Assembly: GCA_036172245.1 (NCBI GenBank)
Contig: JAYWIR010000040.1
Location: forward strand, 806,001 to 870,000
Length of the DNA stretch: 64,000 nucleotides
Direction: 5' to 3'
From: Raillietiella orientalis
Taxonomy: Eukaryota
Shown: in pieces, positions 1 to 10,399 of the stretch
Position numbering within the stretch: position 1 is the first letter of the stretch
Layout: every line of letters begins with the position of its first letter
Translations under genes and position numbers: made by a program
The notes under the pieces: model-generated
Seen by the model: only the letters and a program-made list of their open reading frames with translations
What the model was told of the DNA's origin: nothing
Databases searched by the model: none

Positions 1-959
1 TGAATCCCGCAGGGCACGCCAACTTACACCATTCTCAGGGGCCGCTTCGCCAAGAACGCTGAGGTCGCGGATGGAGCGCTGACCAGTCTCAAGCCCGACA
101 CCCCTCGGTCGACCCTCTGAACCAGCGCTGCACGCGGCGCGCACAACTCTGATGGCGCGCCTGGCGTAGCAGCCTAAGCAGCCCTTTCCTGCTGTCCTCT
201 CCCTCGTAGACCCCAGCAACCTCACTCGACGCATCCTTCGAATTCAGCTTCGGGGATAGTTGGCGCCGAGATCAAACGCTCGAAGTCGAGCGTCTGGCTT
301 GTCCCCAGTGCGTACTGGATACTCTCCTCGGGTATCCTCGTGAACTAGGAGCACCCGAGGGTTCGTCCTCTCAGCCCCCTCTCCCTCTAGGGGAGGTCTG
401 GTCCGGCTATGTGGAGATGGCGCGACGTGTCCTTTCGCAGCAGCCGACTTCCTCCCGCCAAAGGACCCGCTCGGAGCATCCTTGGCGCGTTTTTTCGTCC
501 GGTCACTATCTTTTTCCACCCCTCTTTCCCTCCCTCTCCCGGAGACCTCTAGGGGAGCTGCGGAATCGCCGGTCCGATGCGTGAAGACCTTCTGTGGGTT
601 TATCCAGGTCGGAAGGTTCGGTCCTCATCCCCTTTTCCTCTCCTCTCCCGGATGCGCGTCCGAACTTGCTTCTCCCTGAACGGATACAGATGTGCCATTC
701 TGGAGGTGGTTCCTCGCGGCGGCTCAGTCGCTGGCGTTTTTCTTCGCAGGTCCTCAAGAGGGATGCAGCAAAAAACGCAAAGAATTGGCGCCCAGCCTCG
801 CACGCGACCGCAGGAAGGGTCGAGGCGCCCCCTTCGCACAATGGCGTCGCTGCCCGCAGAGTCACAAATGGGGGTGTAGAAACGTGTGGCGAAAGGAACC
901 ACTCTGGAAATCGCGCGAGGCCGCTGACGTGATCCGGGGCGCTTCCGATTTTCACCCGG

Positions 960-3288
960 ATTTCGCCGGGGCGTTTATTGTAACAATAAACTTTAAGACG
1001 TGCAGTTGCTGGACCATTGCTCCAGCCACGCACGAAGAAACACAGAGCCTGCCGGGTCACCGGTTCGCAGACCGGTACGGTCCACCGCGGCAGCTGGGGG
1101 AAGGGGGAAAAACAAAAAAAACAAAACAAAAAGAAAAGAAAAAGTGGGAGGGTACAGGACGGGATCACTGTAGCTGGTGGGGCCGTTGCATCCTTTGCAG
1201 AATGCCGGCAAGCTCTTGCTGTATGCTTGGATCCAGGTGGGGCCAACGAGACGCTCTCCTAAGGAACTGGGAGGCTGGCTGGATGGCACCTTGGTCGTGT
1301 GGTCCTCCCGTAGCCTTGCTCCAGGCGGCGACGATCCCGCGTAGGCAGCACAGGGCTGCTAACGAGGCCGCTGGCCGAAGGGCGTCGGCAACGAAGAGGG
1401 CTTTCGGAGCTTCCCTGGGGTTGCCGCAGGGGATTCCGATGGCCGCGGCAAAGCGGAGCCAAAGGGGCCGAAGGGCAACACAATCCACAAACAGGTGGGG
1501 GAGGGACTCCCGTTCCCCACACCTAACACAATTGGGATCCACTGCTCCCCAGGTCCAGTAGTGTCGGCGGGCGTTGCAGGGAAGTCCCCAGTGCTGCAAC
1601 AGGAGAGCCGACTCCTGCCATTTTAAGGGGAGGGTGGAGGTGTTCATAAGTACCGGGGGCCACTTCAGACGTTCAATGGGAACGTCGAGCAGCGCGCCTC
1701 AGCGTAGACGGGGCGCTTCCGACTGCCGGCGGCGCTGCCGGCGAAGGCATTTCGAGCAAGCACGCCGCTCCGTGGGAAAAGCGGCAGGCACCGGAAGTGG
1801 CGGAGGAGGGCGGAAGCAGCGCCTTCCCGTTCCCTCGACCTCCGCCAGCGCGGACGAGGCGGAGGAGAGCGAGCAGCACACACAGGGACCCCCTTCTACC
1901 ACCAGGAGCCCTTCGCGGCGCTGGGGGGCGCCGAGGAGGGCGCCCAGGCGGGTCGAGTGCGTCCGGCTGCACGAGCTTCGCGGAGGACATCAAGCTGCAC
2001 CGGGCGCTTGCCAGGGTGTCGTTCGCGGTGGAGGTCACCAAGACACTTGACGACGACTGGCCGGTGAACAGCCCGGGCTGAGGAAGGTCAGCAGCTGCGT
2101 CTTCTAGCTTACCGGAGCACACGAGAGCCCTGGACGCCTGCGAGTTCCTGGAGAGGTTCTTGGTCGATGGCGTTGATGCCTGTGACGGCGGACTCGGAGT
2201 CGGAGAGCAAGCAAGGCGGTGACGAGCTCCATGAAAACGGGAGCCGGGACCCGCGCACGAAGTGCAGGCTCGAGAAGGAGGGCATCCCGATGGGCTACTT
2301 GGTTTCCTTGGTCGAGATGGGGACGTCGGAGGAGGACATGTGGAACTAAGAGGACCTCCTGGATGAGGACCAGGTCCTCGAGGAGGAGGAGGAAAGTGGC
2401 GGCGAGAACAACCCTCCGGCCAAGAAGATGAAGGTCGAGGAGGCCAGAGGATCCTGCGTCTGCTGTGGAAGTCCCTCGGGATGATGGTGGTGCAGTTCCC
2501 ATCTGTCAAGAGGATGGCGAAGAGAGGGAAGACTCTCCAGAAACGTGGGGGCACCTGGAATAACGGCGCTATCGGTCGCTTGGGAAAACTGCCCTTCGGG
2601 GAGATACTCGACGAGGTCCGCCTGCTTCCGGGACCCGGCGGGAGGTCGTCCAGGACTCCATGCGCCCCCTGCTAGTCAAGGCGATGGGAAGAGGAGCGCA
2701 CCCGCCACCCGGTGCTGCAGGACACCGGACTGGAAGACTCGTCCAGGAGCCCTCAAAGATGGGTCGAGACGTGCGCCGGGATCGCTGCGCTTCCCCTTCA
2801 CAAATCCCGAGCTTCCCGGTCGCCGCCTTCGTCCTCACCCTGCGACCCACGTCCATGTTTCTGGAAAATGGGGGACTCCGAAACGAGAAAGAACCACCCG
2901 ATCGGGAGTGCTTGGGGGCTCGAGTCGCTTCCATCCCGGGCGGATGTCCAAACTCGGGGTTCTGGGCTTTTAATCCCCGCTGTCAGGCGTCTTTTGACTC
3001 GCGCCCACGTGTCGTCCCGGCCTGAGGGGTGGGCAACCCGGGCAGACTTTTCCTTCCCGGACTTCCGGTCAGAGACCAAAGGGAACGCTGCCCACACTGG
3101 GGAATGAGCTAGGGAGGAGGAGCGGAGAGCGGTTAACCAATGAACAATTAAATCAATGGAGACTGGGATGGACCGGCGCTCTCACTGCACTGACTGAACG
3201 CGGGTTTTCCCGAGGGGCTGCGTCGGGCAGGTGCGGAAGGGGGGAGCTGGGGCCAGTAGCTGGTCTCCAGTCGGCCCACCCGCAGTCC
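960..3288 (-). mobile_element. Decayed, internally deleted L1/Tx1-clade non-LTR retrotransposon (zf-RVT C-terminus at 1165-1647, T-rich 3' UTR, AATAAA)
   Basis: ORF 1165..1647(-) LPLKWQESALLLQHWGLPCNARR...PNCVRCGERESLPHLFVDCVALRPLW fits the zf-RVT CxxC..H...C signature. T-rich tract on the minus strand at 1107-1143; AATAAA(-) at 974-979. The 5' extent is inferred. Confidence 0.7.
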
Positions 3289-4329
3289 TTTGCCGGAAGG
3301 GAGACTTCCCCTCCCTTGAAACCGGAGGACGAACTCTCCCGAAAGAGTGGAAGGAGTGACCAGGAGTCCAGAGGTCGCCAACAAGAAGGGGAGGAGGGAC
3401 TTTGCCGCATCCCTGCTCCCAAACAGGCCAGAGGGGCGTAGGCGACGCTCAGCAGTGGTCCAGGGAAAGGAAAAGAGGGGAGTGAGTTAGTGTTTTCGGG
3501 TGCGAGGGTGGGGTCGACAACGATCCCCCAGCAAGGAGAGGCGCCACCTCTCTATCCGGGAACCTCCCGGCTGCGCGCGCGGAGTTAGCGGCGAGGCTTC
3601 CCAACAGGAGACTGCTGTCAATTAGGAGGAGTCCAGAGCAGCTACCAAGAGAGGAGACCCGCAGAGATGGGGATGGTGGAACGGAAGGGAGAGGTCAGCG
3701 ACGGGAAAACCCCAGGGAGAAGAACGGAGTTGTGATGGAGACGAGATGGATGGCAGGCGATATCTGTGACGGTCGGGATTTGGATGAAGATTTGGATGAA
3801 GGAACGAGCAAAGTCACCGCACCTCCGTGGGGAGGGCGTCCAAGGGCCGTATTTCCCCTCGGAAAAGGGGGAGGGGAACCCTCCTTCCTGCCTCGCTCTG
3901 CGCATGCCGAAGGGCATCGGTTCCCCGACGCTGCAGTAAGCACCTCCTCGAGGCTTTCCAGCTGCCTGACCGCCGGTGATCCCCAGAGGGGATTGGCCGC
4001 CCTCCCGGCGAGTCCATCAGCAGCCGCGGCGGTCGTCTGCACGCGAACGAGGCGGCCCAATCTGCGACGCAGGGTGGTAAAGGAGGGACTGAGGGTGGGT
4101 CGACTGGAGACCAGCGACTGGCCCCAGCTCCCACGTTCCGCCCCTGCCCGACGCAGCCCCTCGGGAAAGCCCGCGTTTAGTCAGTGCAGTGAAAGCACCG
4201 GTCCATCCCAGTCTCCATTTATGTAGTTTTTCATTGGTTAACCGCTCTCCCCTCCTCCTCCCTAGTTCTGTCCCCTGTGAGGGCAGCTCCCCTTTTGGTC
4301 TCTGACCGGCAATCCGGGAGGGAGAAGTC
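3045..4329. repeat. 244-bp inverted repeat (arms 3045-3288 and 4086-4329, 797-bp spacer)
   Basis: Manual alignment of the reverse complement of the left arm with the right arm: no gaps, about 28 mismatches (about 88% identity). Confidence 0.9.
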
Positions 4330-5383
4330 CCCGTTCTGCCTTCCGCCACTTGCTCCTATTCCCGAAAGGGACTGCTCCTGTAGCTGAGGATCGAAAGGAC
4401 TCTGCGGCCGGTTTCCTAACAAATCTCTGCGCTCTGTGCCCTCCTAGCCAGAAGCAGTGGCTCGTTGGAGGCCCTCCGCAGAGAAAGCCATCGGGAAAGG
4501 AAGACGAACCCCTCCTCTACGAAGGTCAACTACGCATCGGTTTTTCTGCAGTCTACAATGACTTCCCGAGACGGCTGACCAGAGGCAAGAGAACCGAGTA
4601 GGCGGAGCTATGCAGGATGTTTTCCGGCATCCTTCGGAAACGGGAAACGCTGTTCCACTTGGGAGGCTGCGTCTTTCTCTGGCCGGAGGGGGAGACTTTT
4701 GCAGTTGGATTGGGGGAGGGGTGCCCCAGGGGCAGGACAGACGGTTAACTTGTAACTTGGCATCTCGCCGTTTCGCGAACGAGTGGTGACCAGCAGGTCA
4801 GCCCGCTGTGGAAAATCCCTCTTGTGCTCGCGCTCGCGGAGTCACGAAGCGCAGGGGAAATGGCAGTCTGCCAGGGTCAAACTGATCTTCTGTGAGTATG
4901 TGTGCGAAACCGCGCCGATGAACGCCTTTGTCCGTGTATGTGTGCGCACACATCATGGGGTGTCTCAAGGCAGTACTCGCAACAGTGGTCGCGTAGACGG
5001 AATGTTTGGGTCTCCAGACTGCTTCAGCAGCTGAAGCCTTTTTTTCCTCTCGTCTTTGCCATTCGCGATCTCCCTTCGTGGTCCCCGCGAAGGCTTCGCC
5101 CCAAAACAACGGTGACTCCTCCCTCAAGCAGAACCTCGCTGTGTTCCACAAAGATTTCTTTCCGCGTCTGCCCGCCGTCGCTTCCCGAACGTTCGGGACC
5201 GCGGACCAACTACTTCCAGGATTTCAGTTTTCGCTCTCTTCCGTTTTCATCTTCGGACCTCCTTTACTTCTTTTTCTTTTGGGGGAGTTCGCAAAGTGCT
5301 GAAGAACCGTTCGCCCCCTTGGGGGGCCGCTCACGAAACTCACGAAACAGCGTCCGCGCCACCCGGCGGTGAGTGTCATCTAT

Positions 5384-7260
5384 TCAAGCTGGGGGATAGC
5401 CCCGGAAGGACCACCCCATGAATCCAGGAGAAGCTCCGGAGGAAACCAGCGCTTGGTAGGTTGCGTTCCGGTACCTTCCTGGATTCGTATGGCTGGAGAA
5501 TGGAAGCAAGCCACTCGGCATGGGATCTACGGAGCGTGGTGTTGAGCTCTCCATTGGTCCAGGATGATGATCATCCGTAGCTGAGGTAGGGCTGTGAGGG
5601 ACACGGCTGGTGGCGGTAATGTGGCACCGTGAGCGGAGGGGCGTCTGAAAATGTCCCTGGGATCGTCCACCATCGGGGATCCTGGGGTCATCTCGAGGCG
5701 ATCCCAAAGGGGCCGGAGGTCAGCACAGTCCACCAGTAGGTCCTTCTTCCCGCACCCGTCGCAAGGAGCGTCCACGTATCCAGTGGAGAAGACGCTCTTT
5801 GCGCGGGATTCCCCATGCACCAGCAGCAACGCCAACTCCCGCCACTTGAGTGGGGGAGGGGTGCCTCTGTTTCAGCACGCTGGGGGCCGCTTCACTTCCT
5901 TTGGAGGGATGCTGAGCAGCTCTACCCAGCGTACAAGTCAGTGGGATGGGACACTCGGGGTCGCAGCACTCGTCACTTCCCGAGTTGTCCACTCCCTCAT
6001 AACTTTCGTTTTTTCTGCTACTGTGCAGCACATCGCTCTCCACCTTGCCGGGACTACGCCGTCCCTTGAGTCCTTCAGGGAGTGGTGGACGGGGTGGACG
6101 AGGCGCGCTGCATCTTCTGCGGGTTGCTTACGATCTCCGACGACGACTCGCGACTGCTGACGCCTCGCTCGCGCCGCGGTTCTTTCTCCAGGTGAAGACG
6201 GGACTCCTGGATCCAGGTAGTGCAGTTCGCGAGGAGGCAGGAGATCCACGTGTTCTGCTCCACCAGGACAACCCAGGATGATGGAAATCCTTTTGGAATC
6301 TCATGGGGTCTTCTGTTTTCACTGCTTTCCTTCCAGCCTTTTTTCTTTTTTCTTTTTGAGATTCTCTGCGAACCCAGGAGCCGTCCTCCAATCGGCTCTC
6401 TCGAAGCTTTTTCAACGCTGTCCACGATGCCCGAGGGCGCATGTGGTAACTTTTCAAGTTAGGGGGTAAAACCTGCATCCTATGGATCCTGGAAGGATCG
6501 GGAGGAAGGAGAGTCCGTTCCTCTCTCGCACTTGCGAGAGAACCCTGAAGGGAACCCTCTTCATGTTGTCTCTTAATGGAACCCCCTCCTTGTTGTTCTC
6601 TCCGGAGGGACCCCCCAGAGAGGAGTTGCTCCCTATTTCTTCTCCAAGGAGAACCGAAAAAGGACCCGCTCCTGGAATTTCCTCTCTGGAGGGAACCGTT
6701 CCTGGTTTCCTTTTCTTCTGAAGAGAACACCGAAGGGAGTAGCGCACTTCTTCACAATCTGGAGAGGCGACCCTCCCGGAAGTGGGTATCAACCCGCTCC
6801 ATGGTATACGCGATGGAGGGCGGTTCTGTTTTCACAACCAGAGGGGAACCCGAAGGGAAGCGGCTTCCTGATTGCCGGAAGGACCCCAGGTCAACTTCGA
6901 ATCCCGGTCAATCGGCGGGTGCATCCAGCTTCCACGGTGTCTCAACCGAAGTCCGTAGGCCGACCAGCGTCATCCTGCGGGGGGGCATCGAAACCCACAA
7001 CGCATTCGTTTTCCGACTCTTCCCTCGGTGGATTCGAACCCGCGACGCTTCGTGCCACGCTCGGGGACCGAGCAGGCGCTCAGCGGTAACACGTAGGCGG
7101 GATGCGACCCGGCATCCGATCGAGCGCACGGCGCGCACGCGGCGAGTCCGCCGCGAGCACCGAGTCAGGCCGCGTCCTGCACGAAGGGCATCTGGCAGAT
7201 GGAATCCCTCGGTCCCGCCCGAGAAGCACATAATGGGGTGACCCTATTGACCTAGGAGGA
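5384..7260 (-). mobile_element. Decayed L1/Tx1-clade ORF2 (RT to zf-RVT)
   Basis: Minus-strand relicts in order: HPIMCF (RPIxLL, about 7230), GSFRQSG...VVKTEP (RQG..EP, about 6850), GVPL (about 6575), PARWRAMCCTVAEKTKVMREWTTREVTSAATP (homologous to 40204-40440), and PCDGCGKKDLLVDCADLRPLW (zf-RVT). Many frameshifts. Confidence 0.65.
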
Positions 7261-7689
7261 AGAGTCCCAAGGAAATCCGTATTTCTAGCTCACGCCGATT
7301 TCGTTCGTCGCGAAGAGCGGAAGCCTCCGGAAGAGGTCTTCCGTGGTCCACTTCAGATGAGGTCTGCGGACGTCGCCGGCTCTCCGCTGTCCGTTTTCTG
7401 GGATCGGAAGAAAACGGTCAGCTCCGGAGGCGAACCAACACTTCTTGGCAGGGAGCGTCAGTTCGGATGTGTCACTTACGGGCAGAAGATGCTACTTCTT
7501 GCGGCGTGTCGGCCTGGTGACGCTCATGGGCTGGAGGATGGGATGTGCGAGGGGGAATTGCCGTTCCGGTGTAGTTCGTGGGGGCTGCAGGGATCGGAAT
7601 TTACGGACACAAAAGGAGGGTCTTGCGAGGGAGTGGTCCCATTGAATCCTAGATCGGGAGGATGGGGAGCAGCAAGATTTATGCTTCGG

Positions 7690-8220
7690 CTGCCCTTTGC
7701 TGGGGTGCGCCAGTGAGGGTGCACGCGTGATTCTGGGGACCACGAGCAAGAGAGAGAGCGCGAGGAGTGCGTGGACGTCGAGGTAAGTCCACGGAACGAC
7801 GGCGGCTGTCAGCAGGGTGCGTTGCAGGGTCGCTCAAGAACTGACCGATGGTCGCGGGTCCAGAATCCCCTCTCCACCGCCACATTCCGCGGACGTCAGC
7901 TTCCGTGTTCGTGTGCCCATTCGTCACCGCGGGGGCACGCGACTGGGGCCGCGCTGCCGTTGCTGCGTCGTCATGGAGCGTCCTCGTCTTGGCAACACAG
8001 CGCTGCTCATCGAGACGGAGGACCTCAAGCTGCCCTCGAGAACACGACCTGAAGAGGGTCTCTGCCCGGGACGGAGACGTTCGTCCCGGGCCCACTCTGC
8101 TCTTTTGAAGGAGCGTTCATCTGGCAGGAATTCGTGGGGGAGCTCCTGACCGCTGGTTCCCGGCGGCTGGGTGTTTCTGCGAGATGAGTGGCAGCATTTT
8201 TTTTTTTTTTTTTTTTATTC
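7690..8220 (+). mobile_element. Possible 3' fragment of the same LINE family
   Basis: AWTSR*V resembles EWTTREV; SPPPHSADVSFR...GPRCRCC is zf-RVT-like; poly-T follows at about 8196-8216. Weak evidence. Confidence 0.3.
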
Positions 8221-9499
8221 TGCGTGCGCGCATCCGGAGGCGGCGAAGGGGATGCTCCGGAGTCCTCCTTTTCCACCGCCTCCCGTCCCACTGCTTCGGA
8301 TTCCGGGCACAGAACGCCCGCACCAAGCTCGCTCCTTCGCCTCCCTCGCCTCGCCTCCCGTCCTCCGTCAGACGCATTCCTCGGGATGATTCATGAGGCT
8401 GCCAGCGTGAGATCCAGACCCCGCTCAGCTTCCGGATGCTGAAATCCTCCCCGACGGATTTTCCGGACAGTTCGCCCCGCACCGCGCTCGCTGATGAACG
8501 CCGTTGCCGCCGCGGAGGGAGAGCGGAGGTCGGCGGAGACCGCTCCATCTTCTCTTCCGTTTATTTATTCCTCCCCCCTCCCCCCCCTCTCGTCTCAGCG
8601 TGGTCAGCGGGCGACCAGTTGATCACGAATTTCGAGGTCGCTTCGCTGCTCCGTGCGCGATTCTCAGGAGAGCCCCTGGACTCTGAAATCGCGTCGCGGG
8701 ATGAACCCCGATTCCCCCCTCCCCCACACGCGCGCCTGGCGATTGGCCGGGACGCGCCGCTCCCGTTGCCCACCCACACACCCACCCTCTTTATTTTTAT
8801 GAAACGAACGCCCCATCGCGGCGACCGTCCGGGTGAACCGACGCGCCCACCCTCTCGGGAACCAGCAGTTTTGAATCAGCTGGAGCGAGGGCGCAGGGCG
8901 GAAGGGACGTCGCCGCGGGGAGTCAGAGATCTCCCGAAGGAGCGAGCGGGTCGCACGGAGCGCGGAAGAACGCTTCTCGGGAGACGGAGGCTGGCACCAC
9001 CTCGAAGGCTCTCGGGAGAGATGCCCCTCCTGGAAGGGAAGTCTTCACACGGACGCGTTCTTCCCGGAACGCATCCCTTCCTTGGGTTCGTTTCACTCTC
9101 CCCCCTCCCCCTTTCTTCCTGCTGGCCTTGAGGGATCATCGCGAAGCACCCGCTGCGGCGGGAAGCAGGTTGAGGCGTATCACTCCCCACCCCCACCTCC
9201 CCAGCTTCCCCCCGGCTCTGCGGCTCGCTGAAAAGACCGACATGGCACCCTTGCGACCCGGGGGAGCAAGAAAGGGAAGGAGCGTCCCCGTTGCTAGGCG
9301 CCCTTGGGAGCTATCCGGGGAGGGACTGGCCGCGCTCGCGGGCCTTTCGAGGCTTCCCTCTTTGCTAGCGTTCCCCGCCACGGTCGCTCCCACGGGTGGT
9401 GGGGAAGAACGGAGGGGAGGACTGCGGTTGCCGAGGAAACGAGTTCATTGCATCCCCCTGCTCCCGCGGACGAAAGGCAGGATTGCCGCAGCATCCTCT

Positions 9500-9900
9500 G
9501 CAGCCGCCGCAGTAATTCATCGGAACCTCTTGCTTACCAGCGACCGACGCCCACTCCCCGGTGAAGTGTCTGGCAGATGCGTACGCCCATCCTCCCCACC
9601 ACATGACCGCCGCCTGCTCTCGTGACCCTTCTTCGATGAGGATCTTCCTGTGCTTTGCTCAGCACGGTTGTTGCAAGCAGCCAGAATTTCCATCGCAGCA
9701 GCAGCGGCGGCGACAACTCCCTCCTCCTCCACCCCCTTTTTCTCATCCCGCGAACGAATCGCCGTGCTTCCGCTGCCTGGGGATTTCTCGACTCGGAACC
9801 ACCGCGTTTTTCCCTCTCCGCCCCTCCCCCTCTCCCTCTCTCCCTCACTCTCTCTTTTGTATGTTTTTTTTTTTTTTTTTTTTTCCTTCTTCCTTTTTTG
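9500..9900 (+). mobile_element. LINE ORF2 C-terminal/3' fragment, tail-to-tail with the 10400-15070 copy
   Basis: 9530-9650 aligns with the reverse complement of 10410-10520 (KCLADAYAHPPHHM vs QQLAEAYSHPPQHL); T-rich tract at 9864-9899. Confidence 0.45.
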
Positions 9901-10399
9901 CTTCGCGGGCGTGGGCTTCGCGCCATTTTTCATCCGCCTTCAGCCTCCCTGGCCCCGCGGAGCAGCCGCAATCCGATCCATCATCACGCGATCAAGCGCG
10001 CCCCGCTTCGCGCGCGCGCCTCAGGCGGGGGAGGGGGAAGAGAAGGAGGAAGAGGAGGGGGAGGGGGCGGAAAGGAATACGCCTCCGCGACTCCGCGGGC
10101 GCGCGCGGCTCCGTCAAGAAGCAGCGGCGGCGCTCCGGACGCGAAATTCCTCGGCGCAACCGAAGCGGCAAATTTTCGGGCGTGACCCGCCCTGACAAGA
10201 GGGAAGGGGGGAGGGGGGGAGCGGTAGGAAAGGGAAACAGCGGGGGAGTATGGCAAGCTCGCCGCAGGAGATCCCTCCATCCTCCCCCTCGCCACGCGCC
10301 CAAGGAGCCGCGTTCGTACTGTCCTTCCTGCTTTTTTTTTTGTTGTTGTTGGTGGCGTTCCTTTAACTGCCCGTCTTCCAGCGCCCGCCTTCTCCCGGG

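Noticed and set aside
3045..4329. ADAR- or RIP-type hypermutation of the inverted repeat
   Set aside because: Arm differences are mixed (about half transversions) with no directional A>G or C>T excess.
7030..7046. GGATTCGAACCCGCGAC, the reverse complement of a tRNA T-arm/B-box
   Set aside because: The T-stem does not pair, I found no A-box or cloverleaf, and it lies inside a decayed RT region.
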